Assembly: GCF_006345805.1 (NCBI RefSeq)
Contig: NC_043001.1
Span: forward strand, 33,418,001-33,482,000
Direction: 5' to 3'
Origin: Octopus sinensis
Lineage: Eukaryota
Length of the DNA stretch: 64,000 bases
Shown: positions 1-11,580 of the stretch, piece after piece
Numbering within the stretch: position 1 is the stretch's first letter
How the letters are laid out: every line of letters begins with the position of its first letter
Position numbers and translations under genes: made by a program
The notes under the pieces: model-generated
Told to the model about the DNA's origin: nothing
The model's database searches: none
What the model saw: the letters and a program-made list of their open reading frames with translations, nothing else

Positions 1-949
1 CACTTATTTATGTGGCAGACATACGCAATTTAACTAAAGGTTGTATCAAATGTATAGGATATTGGGGTTTTTTATTTGTTTATGGAGGAAATAGAAAAAT
101 AAGAGTGAATATTTATTTTATGAGTGTTGTGCATTAAGTCGATAAAATTCTGCATAAAGTATATAAAGTGTATATAAAAAGTACATTAAGTAATCGTCGC
201 ATTCCAATTTCTTTCACTTTTCAATGAGTATATAGAGCGTAACAAGAGATTATACGAGTTACAAAGGAACAAGGGATAATGTCATTCATTAGCTTAAAGC
301 TATTCGAGTACTTGTGTATCACCTTATAGCTTCGTCAGAGTATAAAAAATGAAGTGCAATTTTATTTGAAAAATCATTTGTACACATAGAAAAGATCACC
401 GGCGAAAAACAAAATATAAAAGTATGTAAGAAATGGAGTATTAAGATTGAAAATTAAAAGCCACTCCCAGAAATATGAAGTTTTATATAATTTTGTGTGT
501 GTGTTTATATAAATCCTTGAAATCCTTAAAAATGTTTTAGCCCGAAGGCCGCGGCCATGCTGGGGCACCACCGCTAAATATTTATATATTTATATAAATG
601 TGTGTGCGTGTGTGAGTGCGAGTGTGTGTGTATGTGTGTGTGTATAGATAAGTGTATGATGAGCCCCTCCTTAAATAAATATTTATTAACAGTATTTTGA
701 TATATGTTATACACATGACTAACCTTAAGAACCCAGAGAGAAAACAGGAATTGAGACAGAGAGAAAGTGACAGAATCCAAAGTCTGGAGAGAAAGACAAA
801 AAGCTCAAAGAATTTTTAGGTCATAAAACTGTCCACATGAAAATTCTAGCCAGTTTGGCAATTAACAGATTAGTACGATGGCAATCAAATACTTGGTGTA
901 CAGATAACGAAATGTGTGTATGCACATAAAGAGGAAGCTTACAGATGTG

Positions 950-966
950 CACATGTATGTATGTAA

Positions 967-1002
<36 letters not shown>

Positions 1003-1217
1003 TGTATGTATGTATGTATGTATGCATGTATGTATACAGACATATAGACAATGCATATAGATAAATACACACACATATACATACACACACATAGAGATAG
1101 ATCCAGGTATATAGATATATACAAATATCAACGGGAGCACATAGATAGATAGATATTAGTCAATTAAAAAGTTCGTTAGAAACGGCTGTAATGAATTGAC
1201 ACCTATCCATCGTTGTG

Positions 1218-1249
<32 letters not shown>

Positions 1250-1331
1250 CATATATATAATATATATATATAATATATATATATATATATACAATATATA
1301 TATATATATATATAATATATATATATATACT

Positions 1332-1365
<34 letters not shown>

Positions 1366-1407
1366 ATATATATAATATATATATATATAATATATATATA
1401 CATATAC

Positions 1408-1439
<32 letters not shown>

Positions 1440-1488
1440 ATATATATACATATACACATATATACATATATATACATATACATATACA

Positions 1489-1526
<38 letters not shown>

Positions 1527-1544
1527 ATATACATATACATATAT

Positions 1545-1579
<35 letters not shown>

Positions 1580-1940
1580 TATATCTATATATATATATAT
1601 ACATAGAGTTTACGAAAAAAACAAAAGACGAAGACAGGTGGTGTACAAAACAAACAGATGTATTAGTATAACGCTCAAGAATAGAGAAAGTCTTACGTTT
1701 CGAGCCTACGCTCTTCTACAGAAAGGGACACTGAAAAAACAAGGGGAGAAAAAATGTGTGTAGTGGCTAACGATCTATCATATATGTATATATATATACA
1801 TATATATACATATATATACATATACACATATATACATATATTCTTTACAGTTGTGTGTGTATGTGCTTGCGTGCGTGTGTGTATGTGCGTGTGTGTGTGT
1901 GTGTGTGCGCGTGTGTGTATGTATGTGTGTGTGTGTGTGT
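950..1940. repeat. Microsatellite cluster (TATG)n, compound (TA)/(TACA)n and (TG)n
   Basis: Directly visible; source of the YI/IY-rich ORFs. Confidence 0.95.
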
Positions 1941-1974
1941 AACATTTGAGTAAATATTCTAAATTTATACTTAC

Positions 1975-2353
1975 CATCTTCGTAAAGACACTTAAGTATT
2001 TGCTTCGCTGAAAGTTGGGACAAGAATAGATAGGGCCAGCGGACACAATCATGAATTGGTTTCAATGGTCGAGAATAAGGTGGTTGGACATGAATAGGAT
2101 AAGACACTTTGGCTTCAGCTAAATCATACATTAGATCTCTTTGGGGTACTAAGCGCCATTTCACTTCTTCCAACAGCCATACTTGTACCTTGGCGGATTT
2201 TATCAACGCAGAATATTTGTTGAAATAATTTGGTTGGTAGACGATCGAATCTGCCAGAATGATGTCGTTCTTACGTGTCTTTAACTCGGAATTTCCGTCA
2301 CATACCCACATGGATTTAAATACATTCTTTTGCGTACCACTTTCCAGTTTGAT
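1975..2353 (-). CDS. SEL1L3: SEL1L3-like gene, coding exon 3; gene continues past the left edge
   Basis: ttttcag| acceptor, G|gtaagt donor, 379 nt open. SIVYQPNYFNKYS, VQVWL, QPPYSRPLKPIHDCVRW and KQILKCLYED align with recalled human SEL1L3 IMVYRDDYFIRHS, VRAWI, IPPFERPFKDHQVCLEW and NRIPQCPLEND. Confidence 0.85.
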
Positions 2354-2609
2354 CTGAAAAACTTGGAAATATCAATTTTCAGAGAACAACAACCAGTGAT
2401 ATTTGAATAAAAAATATAATCATCGATTAGTTTTAAAAAATAATTTAAACAATAAACTTCAGAAATATTTAAAACGGTACATCACACGTTTGATTCGTGT
2501 TTATTTCCTATGATCTCTATAAAATATGTACAAGTCATGGCTATTGTTCTACTTACCAATCTGACCCTGGATTTAGAGTATTTCTCGGTTGTGTGATACA
2601 TCAAAACTA

Positions 2610-3034
2610 TACTCTTTACTCTTTTACTCTTTACTCTTTTACTTGTTTCAGTCATTTGACTGCGGCCATGCTGGAGCACCGCCTTTAGTCGAGCAAATCG
2701 ACGCCGGGACTTATTCTTTGTAAGCCCAGTACTTATTCTATCGGTCTCTTTTGCCGAACCGCCAAGTGACGGGGACGTAAACACACCAGCACCGGTTGTC
2801 AAGCAATGCTGGGGGGACAAACACAGACATACAAACACACACACACATATATATCTATATATACATATACGACAGGCTTCTTTCAGTTTCCGTCTACCAA
2901 ATCCACTCACAAGGCATTGGTCGGCCCGGGGCTATAGCAGAAGACACTTGCCCAAGATGCCACGCAGTGGGACTGAACCCGCAACCATGTGGTTGGTTAG
3001 CAAGCTACTTACCACACAGTCACTCCTGCGCCTA
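2610..3034 (-). mobile_element. tRNA-derived SINE family A (CORE-like centre, internal TA/TG microsatellite, AAGAGT tail)
   Basis: Head GGCGCAGGAGTGGCTGTGTGGT with a B-box-like GGTTCAGTCCC, then ACCTTGGGCAAGTGTC. Other copies near 7706(+), 8192(-), 19010(+), 26680(+), 28786(+), 33710(+), 34830(+), 38390(+), 38910(+), 42955(-), 48258(+), 49408(-), 53185(-), 58345(-), 59080(+), 59582(+), 60480(-), 60922(-). Confidence 0.9.
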
Positions 3035-3653
3035 TGTTATCTTTTGTTTAGAAAATATAAGCAGGTTTTTGGGGTTTTTTCCTTCTTTTCAAGCAATAAG
3101 TTTATTTAAGATTTGCCAAAGACATTAATTTCTATTTTGGTACTAATGTTCCTTTCTTTCTTTGCATTAGATGCATTTTGGTCAGCAGTGAGCAGCTTTG
3201 TGTCTGGCACTCACTGATGAAGGTGTATGCTTGAGATCAGAGATACCCAAACGGCAGCTATAACACTTTTTAGAGACCTTACGAAAAATAATTGAAGACA
3301 GGAGATCAATAAAGGTTTTTGATGTGAGGACACAAATTTAACGGCCAAACATATAATCACATTGTCATAATCTTCATATCCTTTCTAATCTTTTCTCTCT
3401 TACCTTCATAGAACTTACTTTCCTTCTTGCAGTTCAAGATTATTGATCCTGCTAGAGAGGAGAAAGGCAAAACCAACTCCTGAGTATGAGACTTAGGCTA
3501 GGGATTAAGGAAAAGAGTTTTCAATAAATATTTTAAAGAAGTCGTTGATCAATAATTCCAGTTATTTTGTGGTGTTGGAGTTCCTGTCAAAGTAAGTTAT
3601 GCACGATTCGGGGTATAAAACTAAAGATTAAAAGCTCACGGAATTTTACCCAC

Positions 3654-3818
3654 CTGTAGTTCCAGGCCAACGATACTTCTTTTCTTACACCTGTACTTTG
3701 TCACAAGGCTCATAGTTTTAGTGAGAGTCTGGGGAACGTTCAGAAATTGTACGTAATCTTCGCTTTCGGGAATATCATTTAATACAACAGACATCTGTTC
3801 AGGGTTTAAACCCGTTAC
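3654..3818 (-). CDS. SEL1L3: SEL1L3-like gene, coding exon 2 (VTGLNPEQ...DYVQFLNV...KYRCKKRSIVGLELQ)
   Basis: atttag| acceptor, CAG|gtgggt donor, 165 nt open in phase 0-0. Resembles human SEL1L3 DFIYFTV...EYLCSQPCVVNLEA as recalled. Confidence 0.8.
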
Positions 3819-4231
3819 CTAAATAATATTTAAAAAGAACAAAAAGCTTTAGATATATACTTACACTCATATGTTACTTATAAGCTATTATCGTTGTCCA
3901 ACAATTTGCTTAACACAGCGTATAAAATGCTTATACGTCTGATATCCTCTATTGAGAAATATTCTAATAAACCATAGCAGGTATATGCATAGAACACATT
4001 TCGTATGTGTGTGCAACTTTCTATATAGAGAGTCCTAAATAAAGCATACTTCCCAATATTAAAGCAGAAATATTATAGAAATTGAATGATATTCAAACGG
4101 CTGTTCAGCGGCATTAATATTACATACACTGTTGTCCGAGTTTACTCGACTATAAAAGTCTTCGAAGACCAAGCGAATAAGCACTAGAATCACATCGTAT
4201 GTGATTAGAACTCAAATAAATGTTGGCGCAG

Positions 4232-4790
4232 CTATTATTATTATTATTATTATTGAGTGAGAGAGCAGTGCATGCCATCAAAGTGACACTGGGGCAAAAT
4301 ATACCAAGCCCAGTATGCCCATCACGACTACCCGTCTGATAAGGGTACACTAGGCACATGCATCACAACCATATGTGCGCGACATGGTGATCTCATATCA
4401 AGATAAACAGCATATGACCTTGCAGGTGGGGCCCAGTTAAAATTGCCTTCTGGTCGAGTAACCCATCCCACTCAAAAGGTCCCTGAAAAAGGATTGTTAA
4501 AGGATGTTGAACGAAACACCCATATTTCCGGAGGTGAATTATTCAAACCCCAAAGAATCCCTCGCAACACATGGCTACGATGCTCCCCCCCCCCCACTAC
4601 TTCTGCTCGTGATCAGAGATGCTCATATCGTCAGCCACTAAGAGACATGCTCAACTGGTTATGGTCAAACAACTGACAAGCAAATCTATGGTATTGAGCA
4701 GAATATTTGCTATAGCCCATGACAAAACAATGTACATGATAACACTTCCAATCAGTTAAGATCAGAAGCCACGAGAGCCACTGCCTGTAA
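4232..4790 (-). mobile_element. Unclassified ~540-bp interspersed element flanked by (AAT)n
   Basis: GC-richer block embedded in ATT repeats on both sides; no coding signal. Confidence 0.45.
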
Positions 4791-4811
4791 CATTATTATT
4801 ATTATTATTAT

Positions 4812-4896
<85 letters not shown>

Positions 4897-4910
4897 GGTG
4901 GTGGTGGTGT
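4790..4910. repeat. Compound trinucleotide repeat (ATT)n(AGT)n(GGT)n
   Basis: Directly visible. Confidence 0.95.
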
Positions 4911-5475
4911 CTGAAAAAATGCATACTCTCGAGTCTTCTTGGTGTATCAATTAATGTGATTTGATTTTAAAATTTTAGAATTGTAGAAAAATAGACTATC
5001 ATTGGAGTGTCTCGCTCTAAAAGGTTCAGTTTACAAATATATTTCACAAAGAGAGCGAGAGAGAGAGATCAATATAATCTACAAATTCGTTCGATAATCA
5101 AGCATTTTATTGTAAATATCGGTTTCAAATTTTGGCACAGGCCCAGCAATTTTGCGGGAGAGAGTTAAGTTGATTACATCAGCTCCAGTACTCACCTGAT
5201 ACTTATTTGACCGACCCTGAAAAGAGGAAACCAGGCAAAATTTGAATCCAGAACGTGAAGACGGGCGAAATGCCGTTAAGCTTTTGCCCGGCGTGTTACC
5301 AATTTTGCCAGCTCGTCACCTTATTTTACTGTAAATATTGACCTACTTTACGCACTAAGGAACGCAAATGGACTCTTTGAGAAGCAACAAAGGAAATGTA
5401 CACGTCCCTGAAGTAATACCACAATGACAATTTTCCTAAAGTAGTAATAATTGAAGGGTTGTATTCTGCCCAGTA

Positions 5476-5785
5476 TGGAGGCGCAATGGCCTAGTGGTTA
5501 GGGCAGCGGACTCGAAGACGGAGGATCGCGGTTTCGATTCCCAGACCGGGCGTTGTTTGTGTTTATTGAGCGAAAACACCTAAAGCTCCACGAGGCAGGG
5601 AAGGGGTAGCGACCCCTGTTGCACTCTTTCGCTCCAACTTTCTCTCACTCTCTCTCCCTGTTTCTTGTGTAACACTGCGATGGACTGGCGTCCCGTCCAG
5701 CTGGGGGTGAACACATAGGCCGCAGAAACCGGGAAACCGGGCCCATGAGCCTGGCTAGGCTTGAAAAAGGCGCATAAATAAAATA
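5476..5785 (+). mobile_element. tRNA-derived SINE family C (V-domain-like)
   Basis: A box TGGCCTAGTGG, B box GTTTCGATTCC, central GCGATGGACTGGCGTCCCGTCCAG. Copies at 11752-12050(+), 15696-15995(-), 51074-51375(+). Confidence 0.85.
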
Positions 5786-6433
5786 AAATTCTGCTCAGTA
5801 TTCTTAAACTAAAGAAAGCAAAGTGAATCAACATTCAGCTGACATCAGCCCTTAACTAGAAAAATGCAAATAATTGTTTCTAATACAGGAACAGGGCTTA
5901 AAATTTGGGAGAATGGGGCAGGTCGATTACATCGACTGAAATACTTGACTGATACTTTATTTTATTGACATCGAAGAGATGAAAAGCAAATTTGACCACG
6001 ATGGGATTTGAACGTAAAGAACCTAAACAAATTATGCCAGGCATTTCTCTTTTCGACACTGTAACAATTCTACCAACTCAACTCACACCGTTAACAAGAA
6101 GAAAAAAATGCTACAAGGAATTTCTTGTAAGGAAACTGCTTCGGAAAAGAATAGATGATATTTTACTATATAATATTAAGGAATAGCGTATTTTGTTTTT
6201 AATCGGGGTTAAACAGACGCATACACATACGTATGAATCTGTGTGTGTGTGTGTAGATGGATGGATGGATTGATATGTATACGTATATGTAGATTAGATA
6301 AGCGTGTACTAATGTAGAGAAAGAAACTCAAAACAGAAAACTTGATAATGAATTTTTAATTCTACATTTATATCGGGGAAAATAGTTGTAGAAGATCCAT
6401 TTTCAATGAAATTCATTAAAAGATATGACTTAC

Positions 6434-6493
6434 CAATGAACAGATGACGGTAAATAGTAACGACAAGAAAAGGATTCGGTTGTGATCGTCCAT
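6434..6493 (-). CDS. SEL1L3: SEL1L3-like gene, first coding exon (signal peptide MDDHNRILFLSLLFTVICSL)
   Basis: aaaATGG start context, 20 codons with a hydrophobic core, and a TTG|gtaagt donor in phase 0 that joins the 3818 acceptor in frame. Confidence 0.7.
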
Positions 6494-7868
6494 TTTGAAA
6501 GAACGAATACGTCACCAATTTTCTTAGCTTACCTTACAGTGCAGCTGTTACCATTGTTTTTATAATACCCACAAGCAAGACGGGAGAAACTCGTGGCGAA
6601 ACATTCCATTGATTTCCCAATTGATTTATCTTAGGGAGAGCTTCACTTTGTACTATGTCTTTCTTTTATAATAGATTTCGTAACTCAAAGTTTACTTGTC
6701 GCTGTTACTTGTTGAATCAAAGCTGAGGACTGAAGATACTACTCTTTTGGTATGATCTGCAATATTTCCTGTTTTTTTGGTTGATAATATTCGTACCAAA
6801 ACTATATAGAATCAATAATAATTTTCGCTCTGAAAATGCAGACGTTGACACATTTTGTTAGCGAAAATAATCTATAACAAATGTTTAAGTTTGAAAGTTA
6901 TCCCGAAAACATCAATATAGATATAAATTGAATTTTATGGTATGTATAAAATTTTATAATTGGTGGCTTTGGAAATAAACAATTAGTTTGGTGATAAGTA
7001 AAAATCGATCTTTGAGGGATTCGAAATCCAAATATGGACAGACAAGCTATTTTGACCCGTGCTTGGCTCGGGTTTTTGTGGTGGTGTTGTTTTGTGCGTG
7101 TTGTCTCCGTTTTCCCTTTCTTCTTTTGTTCGTCTTCTTTGCCTGGTTCTTTTTATTGCCCTCTTCTTTTTCTTTTTCTTATTGTTTTTATTTTTTCTTC
7201 ATCTTTATCTTCTTTTTCTTCTTTCTCTTCTTCCACTCTTTCTTTTCTCCTTTTCCCATATTCCTCCTCATGGCAACGAAACCGTAGCCCCGAGCGACTT
7301 GCAACCCTCCTCACACCATTGCTCACCCCATTTTACCCCCAGTGTAAATTTTGGCGCCAATCCGACCCCATCTATTGCCCCTTAAACCGTTCCCGTCCCA
7401 AAATGAGACAAATAACCAAGAAATCAAACAACTTTTTCGCATTTCAGCTTTATAGATATTGATGAGGATAAATACTATGTGGCACATGCACCATTCTACC
7501 ATTTCTGAGAACATGCATTTATTTTAGAGTTGTCTCATTTGGAATAAATTTTATTTCAGAAAGCTTGATGTTGTAGCGAAGTGGCAAAAAAAAAAAAGAA
7601 TCTAAAGTAATCATTTGTTTTCCAACGTCTTTTGCTCACGAAGTTAAATTGTTCTAAACTGCAATATTTCTTGTGAAAATAATTAACAACTTAAGTAATT
7701 AACAAGGCGTAGGAGCGGCTGTTTGGTAAGTAGCTTGTTTACCAACCACACGGTTCCGGGTTCAGTCCCACTGCGTGGCACCTTGGGCAAGTGTCTTCTA
7801 ATATAGCCTCGAGTCGACCAAAGCTTTGTGAGTGGATTTGGTAGACGGAAACTGAAAGAAGCCTGTCG

Positions 7869-7911
<43 letters not shown>

Positions 7912-8812
7912 GTGTGTATGTTTGTGTGTCTGTGTTTGTCCCCGCAACATTGCTTGACAACTGATGCTGGTGTGTTTACGTCCCCGTAACTTAGCAGTTT
8001 GGCAAAAGGGACAAGGCTTACAAAGAATAAGTCCTGGGGTCGATTTGATCGACTAGAGGCGGTGCTCTAACATGGCCACAGTCAAATGACTGAAACTAGT
8101 AAAAGAGTAACTACACAACTACCATACGTCTACAACTATGCAAATTAATCAGTATAGACTCAGTGATGGCGTGCAGCAATATAGTAATTGTATCTTTTAC
8201 TTGTTCTATTCATTAGACCGTGACCATGCTGGGGCACCGCTTTGAAGACTTTTAGTCGAATATATCGAACCCAGTGTTTATTGATTTTAAAGCCTGGTAC
8301 TTTTCCTATTCCTTCTTTTTGCCAAACCACTAAGGTACGGGGACGTAAACACACCAGCACCGGTTGTCAAACAGTGGTGGGGAAAATACACACACACACA
8401 CATACACACAAACGGGCTTCTTTCAGTTTCTATCCACCAAATTCACTCACAAGGCCTTGGTCAGTCCGAGACTATAGTAAGGGACACTTGCCCAAGGTGC
8501 CACATTATGGGATTGAACCCGGAACCATGTGATTGGGAAGCAAGCTTCTTGCCACGCTTGCGCCTATGTATGTGTATATTTTGAAAGCAAATATTTTGGT
8601 AAGTGCAAAAACAAAAAAAAATAATAATAAGCTTGCGATTATTCTAGTCCGAACACGAATTTGAGTAACTATTTTTTTAGAAAAGGCTTCAATGTCACAA
8701 ACTCTCCTTTTCCCTCCTTTATAAGAATGAGTCCAATTCGAAAGTATAGGATACCAGCCAATGTAATCGACAATACCGTTCTACCCGAATTTGAGGCCCC
8801 TTACCAATAGTA

Positions 8813-9435
8813 GGGATCTTTATCTTTTGACCGACAGATTTAAAAAATAATTTTTGGTAACTAAACACTTTCAAACTTCGGAAACTGGTAGAATGTATCA
8901 TATAAAACATGTTTTACTCTTAGCATTTTTGAGAAAAACTTAAATTTACGAAGTTATTTCACCTTAAAGTTCTCGTATTTCGGTAATTTCAACCAATCAA
9001 TGACGTGTATTCAGCAGAATAAAATTACTGCTGTTGTTTGTCAACAAGAACTTCCAGCAGCGTATATTTCGTTTGTCACTGTTATTTATGACAACCCTAA
9101 AACCTTAACCCTAACCCTAAAACCCAGACCCTAAAACCTTAAAACCAGTACAAACGCACGAACGATGTCGTAAATAACAGTGACAAACGAAAAATACACC
9201 GCCGATAGTTGTTGACAAACAACGGCAGTAATTTTATTCGGCTGAATACACGTCATTGATTGGCTGAAATTACCGAAATACGAGAACTTTAAGGTAAAAT
9301 AACTTCGTAAATATAAGTTTTTCTCAAAAATGCTAAGAGTAAAACATGTTTTATATGACACATTCTACCAGTGTCCGAAGTTTGAAAGTGTTTAGTTACA
9401 AAAATTATTTTTTAAATCTGTAGGTCAAAGGATCC
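8813..9435. mobile_element. Foldback MITE with ~270-bp inverted arms and a CCCTAA-like spacer
   Basis: 8824-9093 is the reverse complement of 9166-9430; spacer ACCCTAAAACCTTAACCCTAACCCTAA. Confidence 0.85.
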
Positions 9436-9565
9436 AATAGAAATTAATATTACTTACTAGCGTACCCGACAATAAAATTTATTATAGAGAATAGTATGTG
9501 ACACACCGTCCAAAAAGAACCTTAATATTTTTTATCTAGAGATTGCATCAATATTATTTAATAGG

Positions 9566-9970
9566 AAGGCGGCGAGCTAGCAGAAATGTTAGCAAGCCGG
9601 CGAAATGCTTAGCTATATTTCGTCTGCCGTTACGTTCTGAGTTCAAATTCCGCCGAGGGCGACGTTGCCTTTCATCCTTTCGGGGTCGATTAAATAAGTA
9701 CCAGTTACGCACTGGGGTCGATATAATCGACTTAATAAGTCTGTCTGTCCTTGATTGTCTCCTCTGTGCTCAGCCCTTTGTGGGTAGTAAAGAAATAGGT
9801 ATTTCTTCTGTCATTACGTTCTGAGTTCAAATTCCGCCGAGGTCGACTTTGCCTATCATCCTTTCGGGGTCGATAAATTAAGTACTAGTTGCGTACTGGG
9901 GTCGATCTAGTCGAGTAGCCCTCTCTCCAAAAATTTCGATCCTTGTGCCTAGAGTAGAAAAGAATATTAT
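9566..9970 (+). mobile_element. tRNA-derived SINE family B dimer (Meta/MESC-like centre)
   Basis: Head GGCGGCGAGCTGGCAGAA, GAGTTCAAATTCC box, GCCTTTCATCCTTTCGGGGTCGAT core. Copies near 5118, 5870, 12845, 19925, 23050, 28232, 34045, 35715, 43838, 44880, 54935, 55450, 56210-56890. Confidence 0.85.
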
Positions 9971-10149
9971 TTAATAGCAGAATATCACACATAATTCCAC
10001 AATTTGATTCTATATGTTATCCACTGAAAATTGGTGGGACACAACTGTATATAAACTATTAGTCATTTGTGCGTTCAAAAGTGACTGTTTATTTTGTAAG
10101 ATCTTTTTTTCTTTTTAATACTATTTTCGTCGAGTACTTTTTAAGGATA

Positions 10150-10755
10150 GTTACAGACCCGTGAGCCTATGCCGAACGGCTGCTGTCACGTGTGGGACGA
10201 GTCCGGTTGTCAACCGAGTCTATCATAAATATTTCCCCGCCACCTTCCTTTAACCGGGAAGGCAAGGCAGTTTTCATCGTACTGGTGGCTATGGCGAAAG
10301 AATGCGTATGGTGGACTCGTTTGAAAGGCTTAGAGGCAAATACTTCCGTCTCTGGCCAACCAAGTATCACTTGAAAAGGAAGGTGAGAGTAGAGAGGGAG
10401 GTTTTGTCTAATGAAAAGTTTACTAAAAGATGGGTGAATATGGCAAGGATGGTACGCATGAATGACGGACCCACTTTGAGCATGAACCTAATAAACAAGA
10501 AGAGAAAGAGTGCTTTGTTTTTTTTTTGGGGGGGGCGTCCGAGGTTACCGTGTTTTTTTTGGGGGGGGGGTAGGTTTTTCTTTATACGGATTACCCTAGT
10601 CAGTGTTATATTTTCTCCCCCTTTGGGGAATTTCTGTTGTTAAAACATTACACGTCCCAAAACATTTCCGATCCCTATTGAACGGTTTTGAAAAGAAAAT
10701 CTCTGCATTGTATTGTCCCCTCTGTGTTCAGCCCTGCGTGGCTTAATAAAGAAAT
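10150..10755 (+). mobile_element. 5'-truncated L1/Tx1-like LINE: ORF2 C-terminus plus 3' UTR
   Basis: Frameshifted peptide ...LVAMAKECVWWTRLKGL.../LKRKVRVEREVLS..KFTKRWV resembles the AKxxxWxxR C-terminus of Tx1-type ORF2; ends in AATAAAGAAAT. Confidence 0.6.
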
Positions 10756-11364
10756 CTACATTAAAACACATAAAAAGGAAGTTATCGTTAGAAATATTTC
10801 AAGGGAGATAACTTTGTAATCGCATTCAAGTGTTCTCTACCGTTAGTAGAGCGTAACAGAAAACAGATACGCATCGATAATTACATTATAGAAATTGTTG
10901 ACAAGTTCTATTAAGAATAGAGACTGTAGGGAAACGGAAGATTTCCCGTATGGTGAAACTGCGATTCAAATTAAGTACTTGAGTGCTACAACTTCACTTT
11001 AATTATTTGGCTAGGTATCAACTTAACATCATCACATTCTGTCATAGTATTTTAACTAATCAATGTCTGTGTTTTGTGGATTCTAATAGTAAAGGTAGCC
11101 TGAGGTTCGATCGCTTGAAATCCTTTTCAGTTCGCTTCCACAGATAATGTCCACGGAAATGATGATTGTTGTAACTATCCAGTTGTTGTTTTTTTTTTAA
11201 TTTAGGCCATTAGTATTTGGTAAAAACTAAACGAATATTACATATTACATGAAAATATAATGCAAAATCAATTCTTGTTAGGCATTTCGTTCGATGTTCT
11301 ACTTTTCAAACAATTGTAAATAAATCAAACATTGTCTGTTATTTGACCATTAATATATAAAGTA

Positions 11365-11580
11365 TACTCCTAGATCGGAAAGCACTGGACAGAGTTCAGT
11401 GGAAAAGCTCTTGCTAACAAACCATCTCTGACTTTGAGATAGCCAGGCCAATAACCTGGAGGAGGAAAAAAATTGCATAGATCCGGGTCCAATCTATCTC
11501 AAAAGGACAGAGACCACTACTTCAACGTCCGTAACCGGATCTGAAAATCCCAAGTAGGTCTAAATTCCAATGTTAGACGA
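11365..11580 (+). mobile_element. Decayed RTE-like LINE 3' fragment
   Basis: Translates piecewise as ALDRVQWKSSC and SQVGLNS, reminiscent of RTE C-termini. Confidence 0.3.

Noticed and set aside
574-1942. Long YI/HT/CV-rich ORFs here and elsewhere in the track
   Set aside because: Translations of microsatellites that lack stop codons
3215-3277. 63-nt open exon-like segment with ag and gtgagt boundaries inside SEL1L3 intron 2
   Set aside because: Exons 2 and 3 already align contiguously with recalled SEL1L3; no homology support
5476-5552. tRNA-like heads with A and B boxes
   Set aside because: They continue into SINE bodies and lack a clean cloverleaf; not tRNA genes
6910-7465. Possible Helitron or MITE just upstream of SEL1L3, with Phe-rich ORFs
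   Set aside because: Only one plausible terminus; the ORFs come from pyrimidine-rich low complexity
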